From contig CAVPCS010000012.1 of assembly GCA_963702505.1 (NCBI GenBank), positions 110,494-174,493 of the forward strand: DNA of 64,000 nucleotides, read 5' to 3'. This stretch comes from an uncultured Actinomycetes bacterium (GTDB lineage Bacteria > Actinomycetota > Thermoleophilia > Solirubrobacterales > Solirubrobacteraceae). Each line of letters starts with the position of its first letter. The stretch's first letter is position 1. Made by a program: the position numbers and the translations under genes. This document shows positions 1 to 10,804 of the stretch, piece by piece. The notes beneath the pieces were generated by a model, which saw nothing but the letters and a program-made list of their open reading frames with translations, was not told the DNA's origin and did not search any database.

Positions 1-1051
1 GCGCGGCTACGTCGACATCCCGTACCTCGCGCTGATCATCTGGGCCGCCGTGCTGGAGGCGGCGCGGCCCCGGCGCGGCCGCGCGGTCCTGGGCCTGCTC
101 CTGCTCGCCGGCCTGCTGCGCCCGGAGGCCTGGGTGCTCAGCGGCGTCTACTGGCTCTGGCTCTTCCCGAAGGCGAGCTGGCGCGAGCGCGTGGAGGACG
201 CGCTGATCGTCGCCGCGGCCCCCCTGATCTGGGCCGGGACGGACTGGGTCGTCACCGGGGACCCGCTGTTCTCGCATACCCACACGAGCGGCCTCGCCGA
301 GGAGCTCGGGCGCAACAAGGGCCTGAGTGAGGTCCCCACGGCGATGGTCAGCTTCCTCAAGGCGCTCGTGAAGTTCCCCGTGGCCGTCGCCGGGCTCGTC
401 GGCCTCGGCCTGGCGACCTGGCTCGCCCCGACGCGCGTGCGCGTCCCGCTGGCGCTGCTCCTCGTGGGCCTCGGCACCTTCGTGCTCGTCGGCGCGGCCG
501 GGCTGTCGGTGATCAACCGCTACCTCCTCGTCCCGTCGCTCATGGTCATGGTGTTCGCCGCCGTGGCCGTCGGCGGCTGGACGATGCTCGAGCACGGGCG
601 CGCGCGCACCGCGTGGACGGTCCTCGCCGCCCTCGGCGTCGCGTTCGCGCTCGTCTGGACGCTGCTGCGCGTCGACCTCGCGCGCCTGGGGAACGAGCTG
701 ACGCTCCGCGGCGACGCGCGGGTCGGGCTCAAGACGCTCCTCGACGATCCGCAGGTCCGCGCGGCCGCCCGCTGCGGGCCGGTCCTGGTGCCCAACCACC
801 GGCTCATCCCGGACGTGCGCTGGATCATGGACCTGCCCGAGGACCGCGTCGTCGCCCGCAGCGACGAGGCCGCCTCCGCGAAGGTGCGCACCGGCGTGGC
901 GATCCTGCCCGCGCGGCGCTCGATCCTCCTGCGCAACGGCCTGGACCCGGTGGACGACAGCCCGCGCGACACCGCCAACGTCCTCCCGCCCGCGGGCTAC
1001 GTGCGCATCGCCGGAACCGCGTTCTACGCGGCCTACGCCCGCTGCCCCTGA
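1..1051 (+). CDS. polytopic membrane protein, 5' end outside the window (possible glycosyltransferase-like)
   Basis: The ORF is open to position 1 in frame and stops at 1049-1051. The translation has many hydrophobic segments (LLLLAGLL, VAVAGLVGLGLATWLA, LLLVGLGTFVLVGAAGL). No family was recognised confidently. Confidence 0.5.
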   Translation, partial: RGYVDIPYLALIIWAAVLEAARPRRGRAVLGLLLLAGLLRPEAWVLSGVYWLWLFPKASWRERVEDALIVAAAPLIWAGTDWVVTGDPLFSHTHTSGLAEELGRNKGLSEVPTAMVSFLKALVKFPVAVAGLVGLGLATWLAPTRVRVPLALLLVGLGTFVLVGAAGLSVINRYLLVPSLMVMVFAAVAVGGWTMLEHGRARTAWTVLAALGVAFALVWTLLRVDLARLGNELTLRGDARVGLKTLLDDPQVRAAARCGPVLVPNHRLIPDVRWIMDLPEDRVVARSDEAASAKVRTGVAILPARRSILLRNGLDPVDDSPRDTANVLPPAGYVRIAGTAFYAAYARCP

Positions 1052-1083
1052 CCCGGGAGGACGGTCGCCGCGTCGTATCCTCC

Positions 1084-2226
1084 GTGGCGGTGCCCGCGAA
1101 CGCCGACGACCAGGATCTCCTGGACCGCGCGATCGAGCTCGGTCGCCGCGGGCTGGGCAGCGGTGAGCCCCAATCCGCTCGTCGGCGCGGTGATCGCCCG
1201 CGACGGCGCGGTTCTCGGCGAGGGCTGGCACGACGCGCTACGGCGGGCTGCACGCCGAGGCGGCCGCGATCGCCGCCGCCGGCGGGGACGGACCTCCACG
1301 GGGCGACCCTCTACGTCTCGCTCGAGCCGTGCTGCCACCAGGGGCGCCAGCCGCCCTGCACCGACGCGATCGTCGCAGGCCGGGATCGCGCGGGTCGTCG
1401 TCGCCAGCGACGACCCGACCGAGAAGGCCAGCGGACCGCGGGCTGGGCATCCTGCGCGACGAAGGGGTCGAGGTCGTGGTCGCCAACGGGCGACCAGGCG
1501 CCGCGGGCGCGCGGCTCGAGAACCAGGCCTTCCGCAAGCACGCCCGCACCGGACGCCCGTGGGTGCTCTTCAAGTCGGCGATGAGCCTCGACGGCAAGGT
1601 CGCCACGCGCGACGGCGACTCGAAGTGGATCTCGGGCGAGGAGAGCCGTGAGCTCGCGCATCACTGGCGCGCCGAGGTCGACGCCGTCGTCGTCGGCATC
1701 GGCACCGCGCTCGCCGACGACCCGCGGCTCACCGCCGGCGTGCCGGGCGTCGAGCGCCAGCCGCGCCGCGTCGTCTTCGACTCCACCGCGCGCCTGCCCG
1801 CTCGACTCCCAGCTCGTCCGCGACGCCTCCGAGATCCCGCTGACCGTCATCGTCTCGCGCGCCGCCCGCCGCGTCGGCCACCGAGACGCTGGAGATGGCC
1901 GGCGCGAGGTGATCACCGCCACCGGCGAGAACGAGCCGGCGCGCGTCGCCGACGCGCTCGACCAGCTCGGGCGAGCTCGATCTGCCCGTCACCGCGCTGA
2001 TGCTCGAGGGCGGGCCGCACCTCGGCGGGCGCGTTCTTCGACGCCGGCGAGATCGACGAGGCACGGCTGTTCATCGCCCCGATGCTGCTCGGCGGCGCGC
2101 AGCGCCCGCGACCCGCTCGAAGGCGAGGGCGTCGCGAAGATCGCCGACGCGATGCGGGCGATCGCGCTCGAAGCCGAGCCGTCGGGGGACGACATCCTGA
2201 TCACCGCCCGACTGCGGGAGTGGTGA
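1084..2226 (+). CDS. ribD: bifunctional riboflavin biosynthesis protein RibD (deaminase/reductase); frame interrupted by ~4 apparent frameshifts
   Basis: Pieces in three frames rebuild a typical RibD. SPNPLVGAVIARDGAVLGEGWH and HAEAAAIAAAG (1163 frame) and LYVSLEPCCHQGRQPPC (613 frame) give the deaminase zinc motif. GRPWVLFKSAMSLDGKVATRDGDSKWISGEESRELAHHWRAEVDAVVVGIGT (1329 frame) gives the reductase domain, and the C-terminus lies in the 1648 frame. A GTG at 1084 starts VAVPANADDQDLLDRAIELGRRG. Confidence 0.8.
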
Positions 2227-2227
2227 G

Positions 2228-2833
2228 CATGTTCACCGGGCTCGTCGAGGACCGGGGCGCCATCGCCGGCATCGAGACGACCGGCGACGGCGCGCGGCTG
2301 CACGTCACCACGCGCCTGGCCGCCGACGTCGCCGAAGGGGACTCCGTCGCCGTCAACGGGGTGTGCCTGACCGCCACCGCGATCGCGGACGGCGGCTTCG
2401 CCGCCGACGCGATGCACGAGACGCTGCGGCGCTCCTCGCTGGGCGACCTCGAAGTCGGCTCGGCCGGTGAACCTCGAGCTCGCGCTGCGTGCCGACGCCC
2501 GGCTCGGCGGCCACATCATGCAGGGCCACGTCGACGGCGACCGGCACCGTCGCCGCGGTCACGGGCGACGGATTCGCCCGCGTGGTGACCGTCGCCGCCG
2601 CGCCCGAGCTCCTGCGCTACATCGTCGAGAAGGGCTCCATCGCCGTGGACGGGGTGTCGCCTGACCGTCTCCCGCGTCGACGCCGGCGGCTTCGACGTCT
2701 CACTCATCCCCGAGACGCTGGAGCGCACGACGCTCGGCGACGCGGCACCCGGACGGACCGTCAACCTGGAGGTCGACATCGTGGCCAAGTACGTCGAGAA
2801 GCTCGTCGGGCACACCGCGGACGGCGCGCGATG
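2228..2833 (+). CDS. ribE: riboflavin synthase alpha subunit; ~2 apparent frameshifts
   Basis: Begins [28 protein letters not shown]...[14 protein letters not shown]. The second lumazine-binding repeat reads [16 protein letters not shown]...[14 protein letters not shown]. The gene sits directly after ribD. Confidence 0.8.
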
Positions 2834-4133
2834 AACGTTCCCGCCCGCGAGGAGATCCGCTTCGCCACGATCGAGGAGGCGCTCGAGGACATCGCCGCCG
2901 GCCGATGGTCGTCGTCGTCGACGACGAGGACCGCGAGAACGAGGGCGACCTCGTGATGGCGGCCGAGTTCGTGACGCCCGAGGCGATCAACTTCATGGCG
3001 ATGCACGCGCGCGGGCTGGATCTGCCTCGCGCTCACCGCCCGAGCGCTGCGACGAGCTCGGCCTCGAGCTCATGACGGCCAAGAACGAGACGCCGCTACG
3101 AGACGCCGTTCACGGTCACGATCGAGGCCGCGCGAGGGCGTCACCACCGGCATCAGCGCCGCCGACCGCGCCCACACCATCCAGGTCGCCGTCGACCCCG
3201 CCAACGGGCCCGACGCGATCGTCAAGGGCGGCCACGTCTTCCCGCTCAAGGCCAAGGCCGGCGGCGTGCTCGAGCGCACCGGCCACACCGAGGCCAGCGT
3301 CGACCTCGCGCGCCTCGCCGGGCTGCAGCCCGGCCGGCGTCATCTGCGAGGTCATGAACGAGGACGGGTCGATGGCCCGCGTCGACGACCTCACCGCCTA
3401 CTGCGCACGAGCACGGGCTGAAGATGATCACGATCGCCGACCTGATCGCCTACCGGCGCAAGCACGAGAAGCTCGTCGAGCGCGTCGTCTCGACGTCGAT
3501 GCCGACCGCGTTCGGCGACTTCACCGTCGTCGGCTACCGCTCGCTCGTCGACGACAAGCACCACGTCGCAATGGTCAAGGGCGACGTCGACGGGCAAGCA
3601 GGACGTGCTCGTCCGCGTGCACTCCGAATGCCTCACCGGCGACGTCTTCCACTCGCTGCGCTGCGACTGCGGCGAGCAGCTCGAGGCGGCGCTCGCGCAG
3701 ATCGAGACGAGCGGCGAGGGCGTGCTGCTCTACCTCAGCCAGGAGGGCCGCGGCATCGGGCTGCTGAACAAGCTCAAGGCCTACAAGCTCCAGGAGGAGG
3801 GCTACGACACCGTCGAGGCCAACCTCAAGCTCGGCCTGCCCGCCGACCTGCGCGACTACGGGATCGGCGCCCAGATCCTCGTCGACCTCGGGCTCACCTC
3901 GCATCCGGATCCTCACCAACAACCCGAAGAAGATCCGCGGGCTCGAGGGCTACGGGCTCTCGGTCACCGCGCAGATCCCGATCGAGCACCCGCCCAACGT
4001 CCACAACGAGGCGTACATGCGCACCAAGCGCGAGCGGATGGGCCACATCCTCCACCACCAGGGGCTCAACCTCGACGAGGAGATGCTGCACGCCGAGCGC
4101 GAGCAGGACCGGCGCGGAGGGGACGGGACATGA
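2832..4133 (+). CDS. ribBA: bifunctional 3,4-dihydroxy-2-butanone-4-phosphate synthase / GTP cyclohydrolase II; several apparent frameshifts
   Basis: Begins [25 protein letters not shown], with DHBP-synthase motifs (DREN EGDL). The GTP cyclohydrolase II part reads [77 protein letters not shown]...[14 protein letters not shown]. The stop at 4131-4133 overlaps the ribH ATG. Confidence 0.85.
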
Positions 4134-4575
4134 GCGACGGGCCGCGGACGGCGATCGTCGTGGGGCGCTTCTACGCCGACCTCGCGCGAGCGGCTCGTCG
4201 CCGGCGCGCAGGCCGCGCTCGCCGAGCGCCGGAGCGCCGCCCGCCGACGTGCACGACGTCCCCGGCGCCTTCGAGCTGCCGATGGCCGCCAAGCTCTGCG
4301 CCGAGAGCGGGCGCTACGACGGCGGTCATCTGCCTCGGCGCGGTCATCCGCGGGGAGACCGACCACTACGACTACGTCTGCGCCGAAGCCGCCCGCGGCA
4401 TCCAGGACGTGCAGCTGCGGACCGGGATCCCCACGGCCTTCGGCGTGCTCACCGTCGACACCATGGACCAGGCGCTCGCCCGCTCCGGCGGCGACACCCG
4501 CGACTCCGGCCGGCACGCCGCCGACGCGGTGCTGCGCGCTGCATCGCCATCCGCGAGCGCCTCGCGGCCGGCTGA
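4130..4575 (+). CDS. ribH: 6,7-dimethyl-8-ribityllumazine synthase; apparent frameshifts
   Basis: Begins [19 protein letters not shown]. The middle reads [94 protein letters not shown]. It overlaps the ribBA stop by 4 bp. Confidence 0.8.
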
Positions 4576-4599
4576 CCGCCGGAGGCGTAGGATTCCCGT

Positions 4600-4918
4600 A
4601 TGGGACGCGAACAGGCCGCATTCCTTCTCGTCGGCGTCTCGCACGTCCTCGGAGCCGTCCTGCTGCATCTGGATGCTGACCCGCGCCGGCGGCGCCGCAC
4701 CCGGCCGCGGGTTCTGGTTCGGACCCGACCGGGACGACGACCCTCGCCCGCCGCAGGACGACCCCATCGCCCCCGGCGGCGCGGCGCTCCCGCTGCCGCA
4801 CGCGCAGGCCAGCGACGTCCGGCTCCGCGGTCCCGGCCGCCTCGCCGACGCCCGCCCGCTCCCCGCGCGGCGTCCCGAGCACGCGCCCGAGCCCGCCCGC
4901 ACGCCCGACCGCACCTGA
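4600..4918 (+). CDS. small hypothetical protein (N-terminal hydrophobic segment); likely one frameshift
   Basis: Begins [25 protein letters not shown], then continues in another frame as [21 protein letters not shown] and stops at 4916-4918. It fills the ribH-rpmB gap. No homology was recognised. Confidence 0.25.
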
Positions 4919-4957
4919 CGGCCGCGCCGCGAACACGCCGCTACACTCGACGGCCTT

Positions 4958-5149
4958 ATGGCAAAGGTGTGTCACAGCTGCGGCAAGGGACCGGCGTTCG
5001 GAAACAGCCGCAGCCACTCGATGGTCGCGACCCGGCGGCGCTTCAACCCGAACCTCCAGAAGGTCCGGATCCTCGAGGCCGGCGCGCCCAAGCGCGCCTA
5101 CGTCTGCACCCGCTGCCTCAAGGCCGGAAAGATTCACGAAGGCCGTCTA
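4958..5149 (+). CDS. rpmB: 50S ribosomal protein L28
   Basis: [59 protein letters not shown] matches L28 (CxxC...CxxC, RRRFNPN). The listed ORF runs on to 5311 without a stop, so the true 3' end is uncertain and probably frameshifted. Confidence 0.75.
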
Positions 5150-5192
5150 GCGTGCGACGGGCGCCTCGCGGCGCCTGAGCCCACGCTGAGGC

Positions 5193-5221
5193 GGGGCGAT
5201 GGCCGTCCGGCCTATCGCCCC
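5193..5221 (+). terminator. stem-loop downstream of rpmB (GGGGCGAT...ATCGCCCC); no clear U-tract
   Basis: An 8-bp perfect inverted repeat with an inner GGCC..GGCC hairpin, read directly from the sequence. No T-run follows it. Confidence 0.3.
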
Positions 5222-5322
5222 GCACATCCTGGCCTCATGCATCCGCGATCCGCCCATCGGGTGCCGGTTCGCGATCTCCCCGTCTCCCGGTTCCTCCGGT
5301 TCTCGTACTAGCCTGACCCTTC

Positions 5323-6990
5323 GTGGCTGACGCCTCTCCAAGCCTCGTGCGCTTCCGGGCCGCCCTCCAGGGCGCGCTGGCGCACCTGGAGGCCCGGCGG
5401 CAGGAGGTCAACGACCTGAACGTGTTCCCGGTCGCCGACGGCGACACGGGCGACAACATGGTCCTGACGCTGCAGGCGTGCCTGGCGGAGGTCGACCGGC
5501 TGGCGGAGGCGAGCGGGGACCGGCCGCTGGACGACATCGGGCGCGTGGAGATCGTGGACTCGGTCGCCCGGGCGGCGCTGCTCGGCGCCCGCGGCAACAG
5601 CGGCGTCATCCTCTCGCAGCTCATCCGCGGGGCCGCCGAGGAGCTGATCTCGCGGCCGGGTGAGCTGATCGACCCCGCGCTCGTGGGGGCCGCCATGGCG
5701 CGCGGCGCCCAGCGGGCCTACGCGTCGGTCCGCAGGCCCGCCGAGGGCACGATCCTCACCGTGATGCGCGACATGGCGGCCTCGGTCGCCAGCGAGATCG
5801 CCCACGGCGACTGGCGCCTGCCCGCGGACGCCGCGCCCGAGGAGCAGGACCGGCGGATCGCCGAGCTGCTCGCGCGCGCCGTGGTGGCGGGCGAGGAGTC
5901 CGTGCGCCGCGGCCCCGACCTGCTGCCCGCCCTGAAGGAGGCGGGTGTCGTCGACGCGGGCGGCTACGGCGTGGTCATCGTCTTCGCCGGCTGCGTCGCC
6001 GCCCTGCGCGGCGACGAGGCGCCGCACGTCGAGCACCACCGCGCGCCGGCCCGCGTCACGCATCCCGAGCACGAATCCTCGACGTACCGGTACTGCACGA
6101 ACTTCGCCGTCACCGCGGCCGCGGGGGTCGAGCTGGAGGATCCCCCGGCGTACATCGCGAGCCTGGAGGAGATCGGCGACTCGGTGCTCGTCGTCGGCGA
6201 CCACGTCACGCTGCGCGTGCACGTCCACACCGACGACCCGCAGACCGCGACGGGGATCTTCGACGGGCTCGGCGAGGTCTCGCGGCTGGACGTCGCGGAC
6301 ATGCGCACCCAGGTCGCCGACCGCGACCGGCGGCTCGCCGGCCCGGCCGCCGCCGACGGCCGGCGCTGCGGCGCGCTGGCGATCGTCTCCGGCCCCGGGC
6401 TGGCGGCGCTCTACCACTCACTCGGCTGCGACACGCTCGACGGCGGCGCGACGATGAACCCCTCGACGTACGAGATCCTCGCGGGGATCCACACCGTCGC
6501 CGCCGAGGAGGTCGTCGTCCTGGTCAACAGCGGCAACATCCTGATGGCGGCCCAGGCGGCGGCGGAGATCTCCGACAAGACCGTCGCGGTCGTCGCGTCG
6601 GGCGAGCAGCAGGCGGGCCTGGTCGCGGCCGTGTCGCTGCTCACCGATCGCTCGGCCGCCGAGAACGCCGCCGCGATGGAGGCGGGGCTCGCCGCGCTGC
6701 GGACCGGCCAGGTGGCGCCCGCGGCGCGCGCCGACGCGCAGGGACGCTTCGCGGTCGGCGACGCCGTCGGGTACGTCGGCGACGACCTCGTCGCCTGGGG
6801 CGACCCGCAGCAGACGCTGCGCACCGTGCTCGACCACCTCGCGCGGGAGGCGGAGCTCGTGACCGTCATCCGCGGCGAGGGCGCGCCCCTCGGTGACGAG
6901 GCGATCGCCGCGCTGGCGCCCGCGGGCGTCGAGCTGGAGCTGCACGAGGGCGGCCAGCCGAGCCGCTGGTGGCTGCTGTCCGCCGAGTGA
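5323..6990 (+). CDS. yloV: DAK2 domain fusion protein YloV (DegV/Dak-family)
   Basis: Intact 555-aa ORF. The N-terminus reads DLNVFPVADGDTGDNMVLTLQA (Dak2 motif), followed by a long C-terminal DegV-like part. Its position upstream of recG is the conserved one. Confidence 0.8.
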   Translation: MADASPSLVRFRAALQGALAHLEARRQEVNDLNVFPVADGDTGDNMVLTLQACLAEVDRLAEASGDRPLDDIGRVEIVDSVARAALLGARGNSGVILSQLIRGAAEELISRPGELIDPALVGAAMARGAQRAYASVRRPAEGTILTVMRDMAASVASEIAHGDWRLPADAAPEEQDRRIAELLARAVVAGEESVRRGPDLLPALKEAGVVDAGGYGVVIVFAGCVAALRGDEAPHVEHHRAPARVTHPEHESSTYRYCTNFAVTAAAGVELEDPPAYIASLEEIGDSVLVVGDHVTLRVHVHTDDPQTATGIFDGLGEVSRLDVADMRTQVADRDRRLAGPAAADGRRCGALAIVSGPGLAALYHSLGCDTLDGGATMNPSTYEILAGIHTVAAEEVVVLVNSGNILMAAQAAAEISDKTVAVVASGEQQAGLVAAVSLLTDRSAAENAAAMEAGLAALRTGQVAPAARADAQGRFAVGDAVGYVGDDLVAWGDPQQTLRTVLDHLAREAELVTVIRGEGAPLGDEAIAALAPAGVELELHEGGQPSRWWLLSAE

Positions 6991-9169
6991 CGGACGATGC
7001 CGGGGTGCGGGAGACGCCGCCACCCGCCTTCGCCCAGAACGCCGCGCCGGACGCGGCGGCCCTGCTCGCCGCGCCGTGGCGGGGACCGCAGGCCGCGGCG
7101 CTGAACGCCCCGCTGGAGCTTCCCGGCGCGGGCGAGAAGCAGCGTGAGGCCGCCGCCGCGCTGGGCCTGGACACCGTCGGCGACCTGCTCGCCCACCTGC
7201 CGCGCGACACGCGCGAGTCGCGGACCGTCGGCGAGCTGGGCAAGGGCGAGCAGGCGACCGTCACGGTGGAGGTCCGGTCGATCACCTCGCGCCCGGTGCG
7301 CCGCCGCGGCATGCGCCCGATCGTTGAGGCGGTCGTCGCCGACGAGTCGGGCTCGATGAAGGCGGCGTTCTTCAACCAGCCCTGGCTGGTCTCCAAGTAC
7401 CCGGCCGGGACCCGGCTCGTGCTGCACGGGACCTTCGACGCCCGCAACCGCTTCCGGGTCACCTCGCACGCGCCGACGACCGAGGGCGTCGGCGGCGCGG
7501 GGGACGTCGCGCACTACCCGGCGACCGAGGGGCTGTCGTCGACCCAGATCCTGGCGCTCGTCGGCGAGCACCTGCCGCTCGCGCGCGCCGCGATCGAGCC
7601 GCTCCCCGGGCGCCTGCGCGCCCGCCACCGCCTGCCCGACCGGCCCGGCGCGCTGCTCGCCGCCCACGGCGGTGACGCGGAGGGCGGGCGCCGGCGGCTG
7701 GCGTTCGACGAGCTGCTCCTCGTCCAGCTCGACCTCCTGCGCCGCCGCGCCCATCGCCGCGAGGAGGTGCGCGCGGCAGCGCTCGACCTGCCGTTCGAGG
7801 CCGGTGGGCGTGACGCGGGCTGGGGTGGGGCGGGCATCACCCGCCGCTGGCTCGAGACCCTCCTGCCGTTCGAGCCGACCGGGGGATCAGCAGCGGGCGA
7901 TCGAGGTCGTGATCGGCGACCTCGCGCTCGAGCACCCGATGCAGCGGCTGCTGATGGGGGAGGTCGGCTCGGGCAAGACCGTCGTCGCGCTCACCGCGAT
8001 GCTCCGCGCCGTCGAGCACGGGCGGCAGGCGGCGCTGATGGCGCCGACCGAGACGCTGGCCGAGCAGCACTTCGCGACGCTCCAGGCGCTGATGCCGGGC
8101 GAGGCCGTCCCGGCGGCGCTGCTGACCGGCTCGACGCCGGCCGCGCGCCGCGCCGACGTCCTGGGCAAGCTCGCCAGCGGCGAGCTGGGGCTCGTCGTCG
8201 GGACGCACGCGCTGATCGAGGACGACGTGCGCTTCGCCTCGCTGGCGGTCGTCGTCGTCGACGAGCAGCACCGCTTCGGCGTGCGCCAGCGCTCGCGGCT
8301 GGACGCGAAGGCCGGGAGCCGGGCCTCGTGCCGCACGTGCTGCACATGACGGCCACGCCGATCCCGCGCACGCTCGCGCTGCTCGGCTACGGCGATCTCG
8401 ACGTCACCGAGCTGCGGGAGCTGCCGCAGGGCCGGCAGCCGATCGACACCCATGTGGCGAGCGGGGAGCGCGAGCGCGCGCGCGCGTACGAGCGCATCCG
8501 CGAGGAGCTGCGGGCCGGCCGCCAGGCGTATGTCGTCTGCCCGCTCGTGAGCGAGTCCGAGGCCCTGCAGGCGCGCGCGGCCACGGCCGAGTACGAGCGG
8601 CTCGCCGACAGCGAGCTGGACGGCTTCCGCGTGGCGCTGCTGCACGGCCAGATGCGCCCGGCGGAGAAGGCCGCCGCGATGCGGTCCTTCGCCGCCGGCG
8701 AGGCCGACGTCCTCGTCGCGACGACGGTGATCGAGGTCGGCGTGGACGTCCCGAACGCGACGGTGATGCTCGTCGAGGACGCCGAGCGCTACGGGATCTC
8801 CCAGCTGCACCAGCTGCGCGGACGGGTCGGCCGTGGCGAGCACCGCTCGCTGTGCCTGCTGTTCGGGCCCAAGGAGTCCGAGCGCCTGAAGGCGCTGGCC
8901 GAGCACACCGACGGCTTCCGGCTCGCCGAGATCGACCTGCGCCTGCGCGGGGAGGGCGAGCTCGACCGGGACCCGCCAGTCGGGCTCGCCGGCCTTCCGC
9001 TATGCCCGCCTGCCGGAGGACGCCGAGCTGCTCGAGCGCGCCCGGCGCGAGCGCGCGGGAGATCATCGACGCCGATCCGGCAGCTCGCCGCGCCCGAGCA
9101 CGTCCCGCTGCTGGCGACGCTGCTCGCCGAGCGCGCGGCGCGATCGAGCGCGTCGCGATCCCGGCGTGA
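6969..9169 (+). CDS. recG: ATP-dependent DNA helicase RecG; several apparent frameshifts
   Basis: The N-terminal wedge region reads [28 protein letters not shown]. Helicase motifs include [16 protein letters not shown] (Walker A), [11 protein letters not shown] (DEQH), [16 protein letters not shown] and [18 protein letters not shown]. The pieces are spread over at least 3 frames. Confidence 0.85.
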
Positions 9170-9711
9170 TGCGGATCGTCGCGGGGCGTTTCGGGGGCCG
9201 GCGCATCGCCACGGTGCAGGGCGACGCGACGCGACCCACGACCGACCGGGTCCGCGAGGCGCTCTTCTCGATCCTCGGCCCGCTCGACGGGCTCCGGGTG
9301 CTCGACCTCTTCGCCGGGTCCGGCGCGCTCGCCGATCGAGGCGCTCTCGCGCGGCGCCGCGCACGCGACGCTCGTCGAGAAGGACGGCGTGGGCCGCGCA
9401 GGTCATCGCACGCAACCTGGAGACGCTCGGCCTGGCCGCAGGACGAGGCCGAGCTGCTGCGGATGCCGGCCGAGCGGGCACTGCGCACCGCACGCGAGCG
9501 CGGCGACGCCTACGATCTCGTCTTCCTGGACCCTCCATACCGGCAGGCGCCGGCGCTGGGGGAGCGGCTCGCGGCCGATCTGGCCGCCGTGCTCGCCCCC
9601 GCAGCCCGCGTCGTGACCGAGAGCGACCGCCGCGCTCCGCTCGATCTGCCGCTTCCCACCATCGACGAGCGCCGCTACGGCGACACGCTGATCCGCATCC
9701 ACGCCACCTGA
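9166..9711 (+). CDS. rsmD: 16S rRNA (guanine966-N2)-methyltransferase RsmD; apparent frameshifts
   Basis: Begins [56 protein letters not shown], and the C-terminal part has DLVFLDPPY. Its position between recG and coaD is the conserved one. Confidence 0.8.
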   Translation: MMRIVAGRFGGRRIATVQGDATRPTTDRVREALFSILGPLDGLRVLDLFAGSGALADRGALARRRARDARREGRRGPRRSSHATWRRSAWPQDEAELLRMPAERALRTARERGDAYDLVFLDPPYRQAPALGERLAADLAAVLAPAARVVTESDRRAPLDLPLPTIDERRYGDTLIRIHAT

Positions 9712-10214
9712 TGACTCCCTCCAATCGCGTCGCCGTCTGCCCCGGGTCCTACGACCCGATCACGCGCGGCCACATCGACGTCATCGAGCGCGCCGCCGCA
9801 GATGTACGACGAGGTCGTCGTCGGCGGTCGTGAACCTCTCGGTGCGCAAGTCCAAGACGCTGTTCGGCGTCGAGGAGCGCCTCGCGTTCATCGAGCGACG
9901 CGACGGCGCACCTGCCGCAACGTGCGGCCCGAGCCCGTTCGACACGCTCGTCGTCGACTTCGCCCAGCGAGATCGGCGCGAAGGCGATCGTCAAGGGCCT
10001 GCGCGCGATCTCGGACTTCGAGTACGAGTTCGAGATGAACCAGCTCAACCGCCTGCAGGCCCCCGACATCGAGTCGCTCTACCTGATGGCCAGCCCGCAG
10101 TACAGTTTTCTGAGCAGCAGCGGGATCAAGGAGCTCGCGATGTTCGGCGGCAACATCGACGAGCACGTCACTCCGCTGGTCGCGCGCCGCTTGAAGGAAG
10201 AACTCGCCCGCTAG
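9711..10214 (+). CDS. coaD: phosphopantetheine adenylyltransferase; apparent frameshifts
   Basis: Begins [29 protein letters not shown] (the HxGH nucleotidyltransferase motif is TRGH here). The C-terminal part is read in another frame as AKAIVKGLRAISDFEYEFEMNQLNRLQAPDIESLYLMASPQYSFLSSSGIKELAMFGGNIDEHVTPLVARRLKEELAR, ending at 10212-10214. Confidence 0.8.
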
Positions 10215-10231
10215 CGAAAGCCACCCGTGCC

Positions 10232-10741
10232 ATGGACGTCCTCGTTCTGATCGACAAGCTCGACGATCTCATCCACAACGCCAAGCCCGTTCCGCTGACG
10301 GACCAGGTGCGCGTGGACAAGGAGGAGATCTACGACATCCTCGACCAGATGCGCGCGACGATCCCCGAGGAGATCAAGCAGGCGCGCTGGATCGTCAAGG
10401 AGCGCCAGGAGATGCTCGCCGAGGCCAAGCGTGAGGCCGAGCGCATCATCAAGGAGGCGCGCGAGAAGCAGGAGCAGCTCATCTCCCAGGAGGAGGTGAC
10501 GCGGCAGGCCGAGCGCGGCGCCGAGGACATCATCGAGGACGCCCGCGGCCGCGAGCGCGAGATCCGGCTCGGCGCGGAGGACTACGCCGACGAGATCCTC
10601 GGCACGCTCGAGGTCAACCTCTCGAAGTTCATCGCCGCGGTGCAGCGCGGGCGCGACCGGCTCGCCGGGAACCAGCGACGACGAGCCGGCCGAGCCAGCG
10701 ACGGCCCCCTCGGCGGGACACGCCGCCAGAAGGTGGCGTGA
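10232..10741 (+). CDS. hypothetical coiled-coil protein (charged E/R/K/A-rich)
   Basis: Begins MDVLVLIDKLDDLIHNAKPVPLTDQVRVDKEEIYDILDQMRATIPEEIKQARWIVKERQEMLAEAKREAERIIKEAREKQEQL and is read cleanly in one frame. No family was assigned from memory. Confidence 0.5.
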   Translation: MDVLVLIDKLDDLIHNAKPVPLTDQVRVDKEEIYDILDQMRATIPEEIKQARWIVKERQEMLAEAKREAERIIKEAREKQEQLISQEEVTRQAERGAEDIIEDARGREREIRLGAEDYADEILGTLEVNLSKFIAAVQRGRDRLAGNQRRRAGRASDGPLGGTRRQKVA

Positions 10742-10804
10742 TCGGTCTCCGCCCGTAGTTTCTGCGGATACCGCGTCGCCGCGGGCCGCGTAGCCTCGGT
10801 TGCG

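Noticed and set aside
520-5137. Numerous long antisense or alternative-frame ORFs with Arg/Pro/Ala-rich translations (for example 520..978 -, 613..1584 +, 3950..5137 -, 14023..15792 -, 25197..29714 -, 26071..27720 -).
   Set aside because: These are typical of high-GC DNA, where stop codons are rare in all frames. The translations are low-complexity (RRRPRR…, AAARS…) and overlap well-supported genes in other frames.
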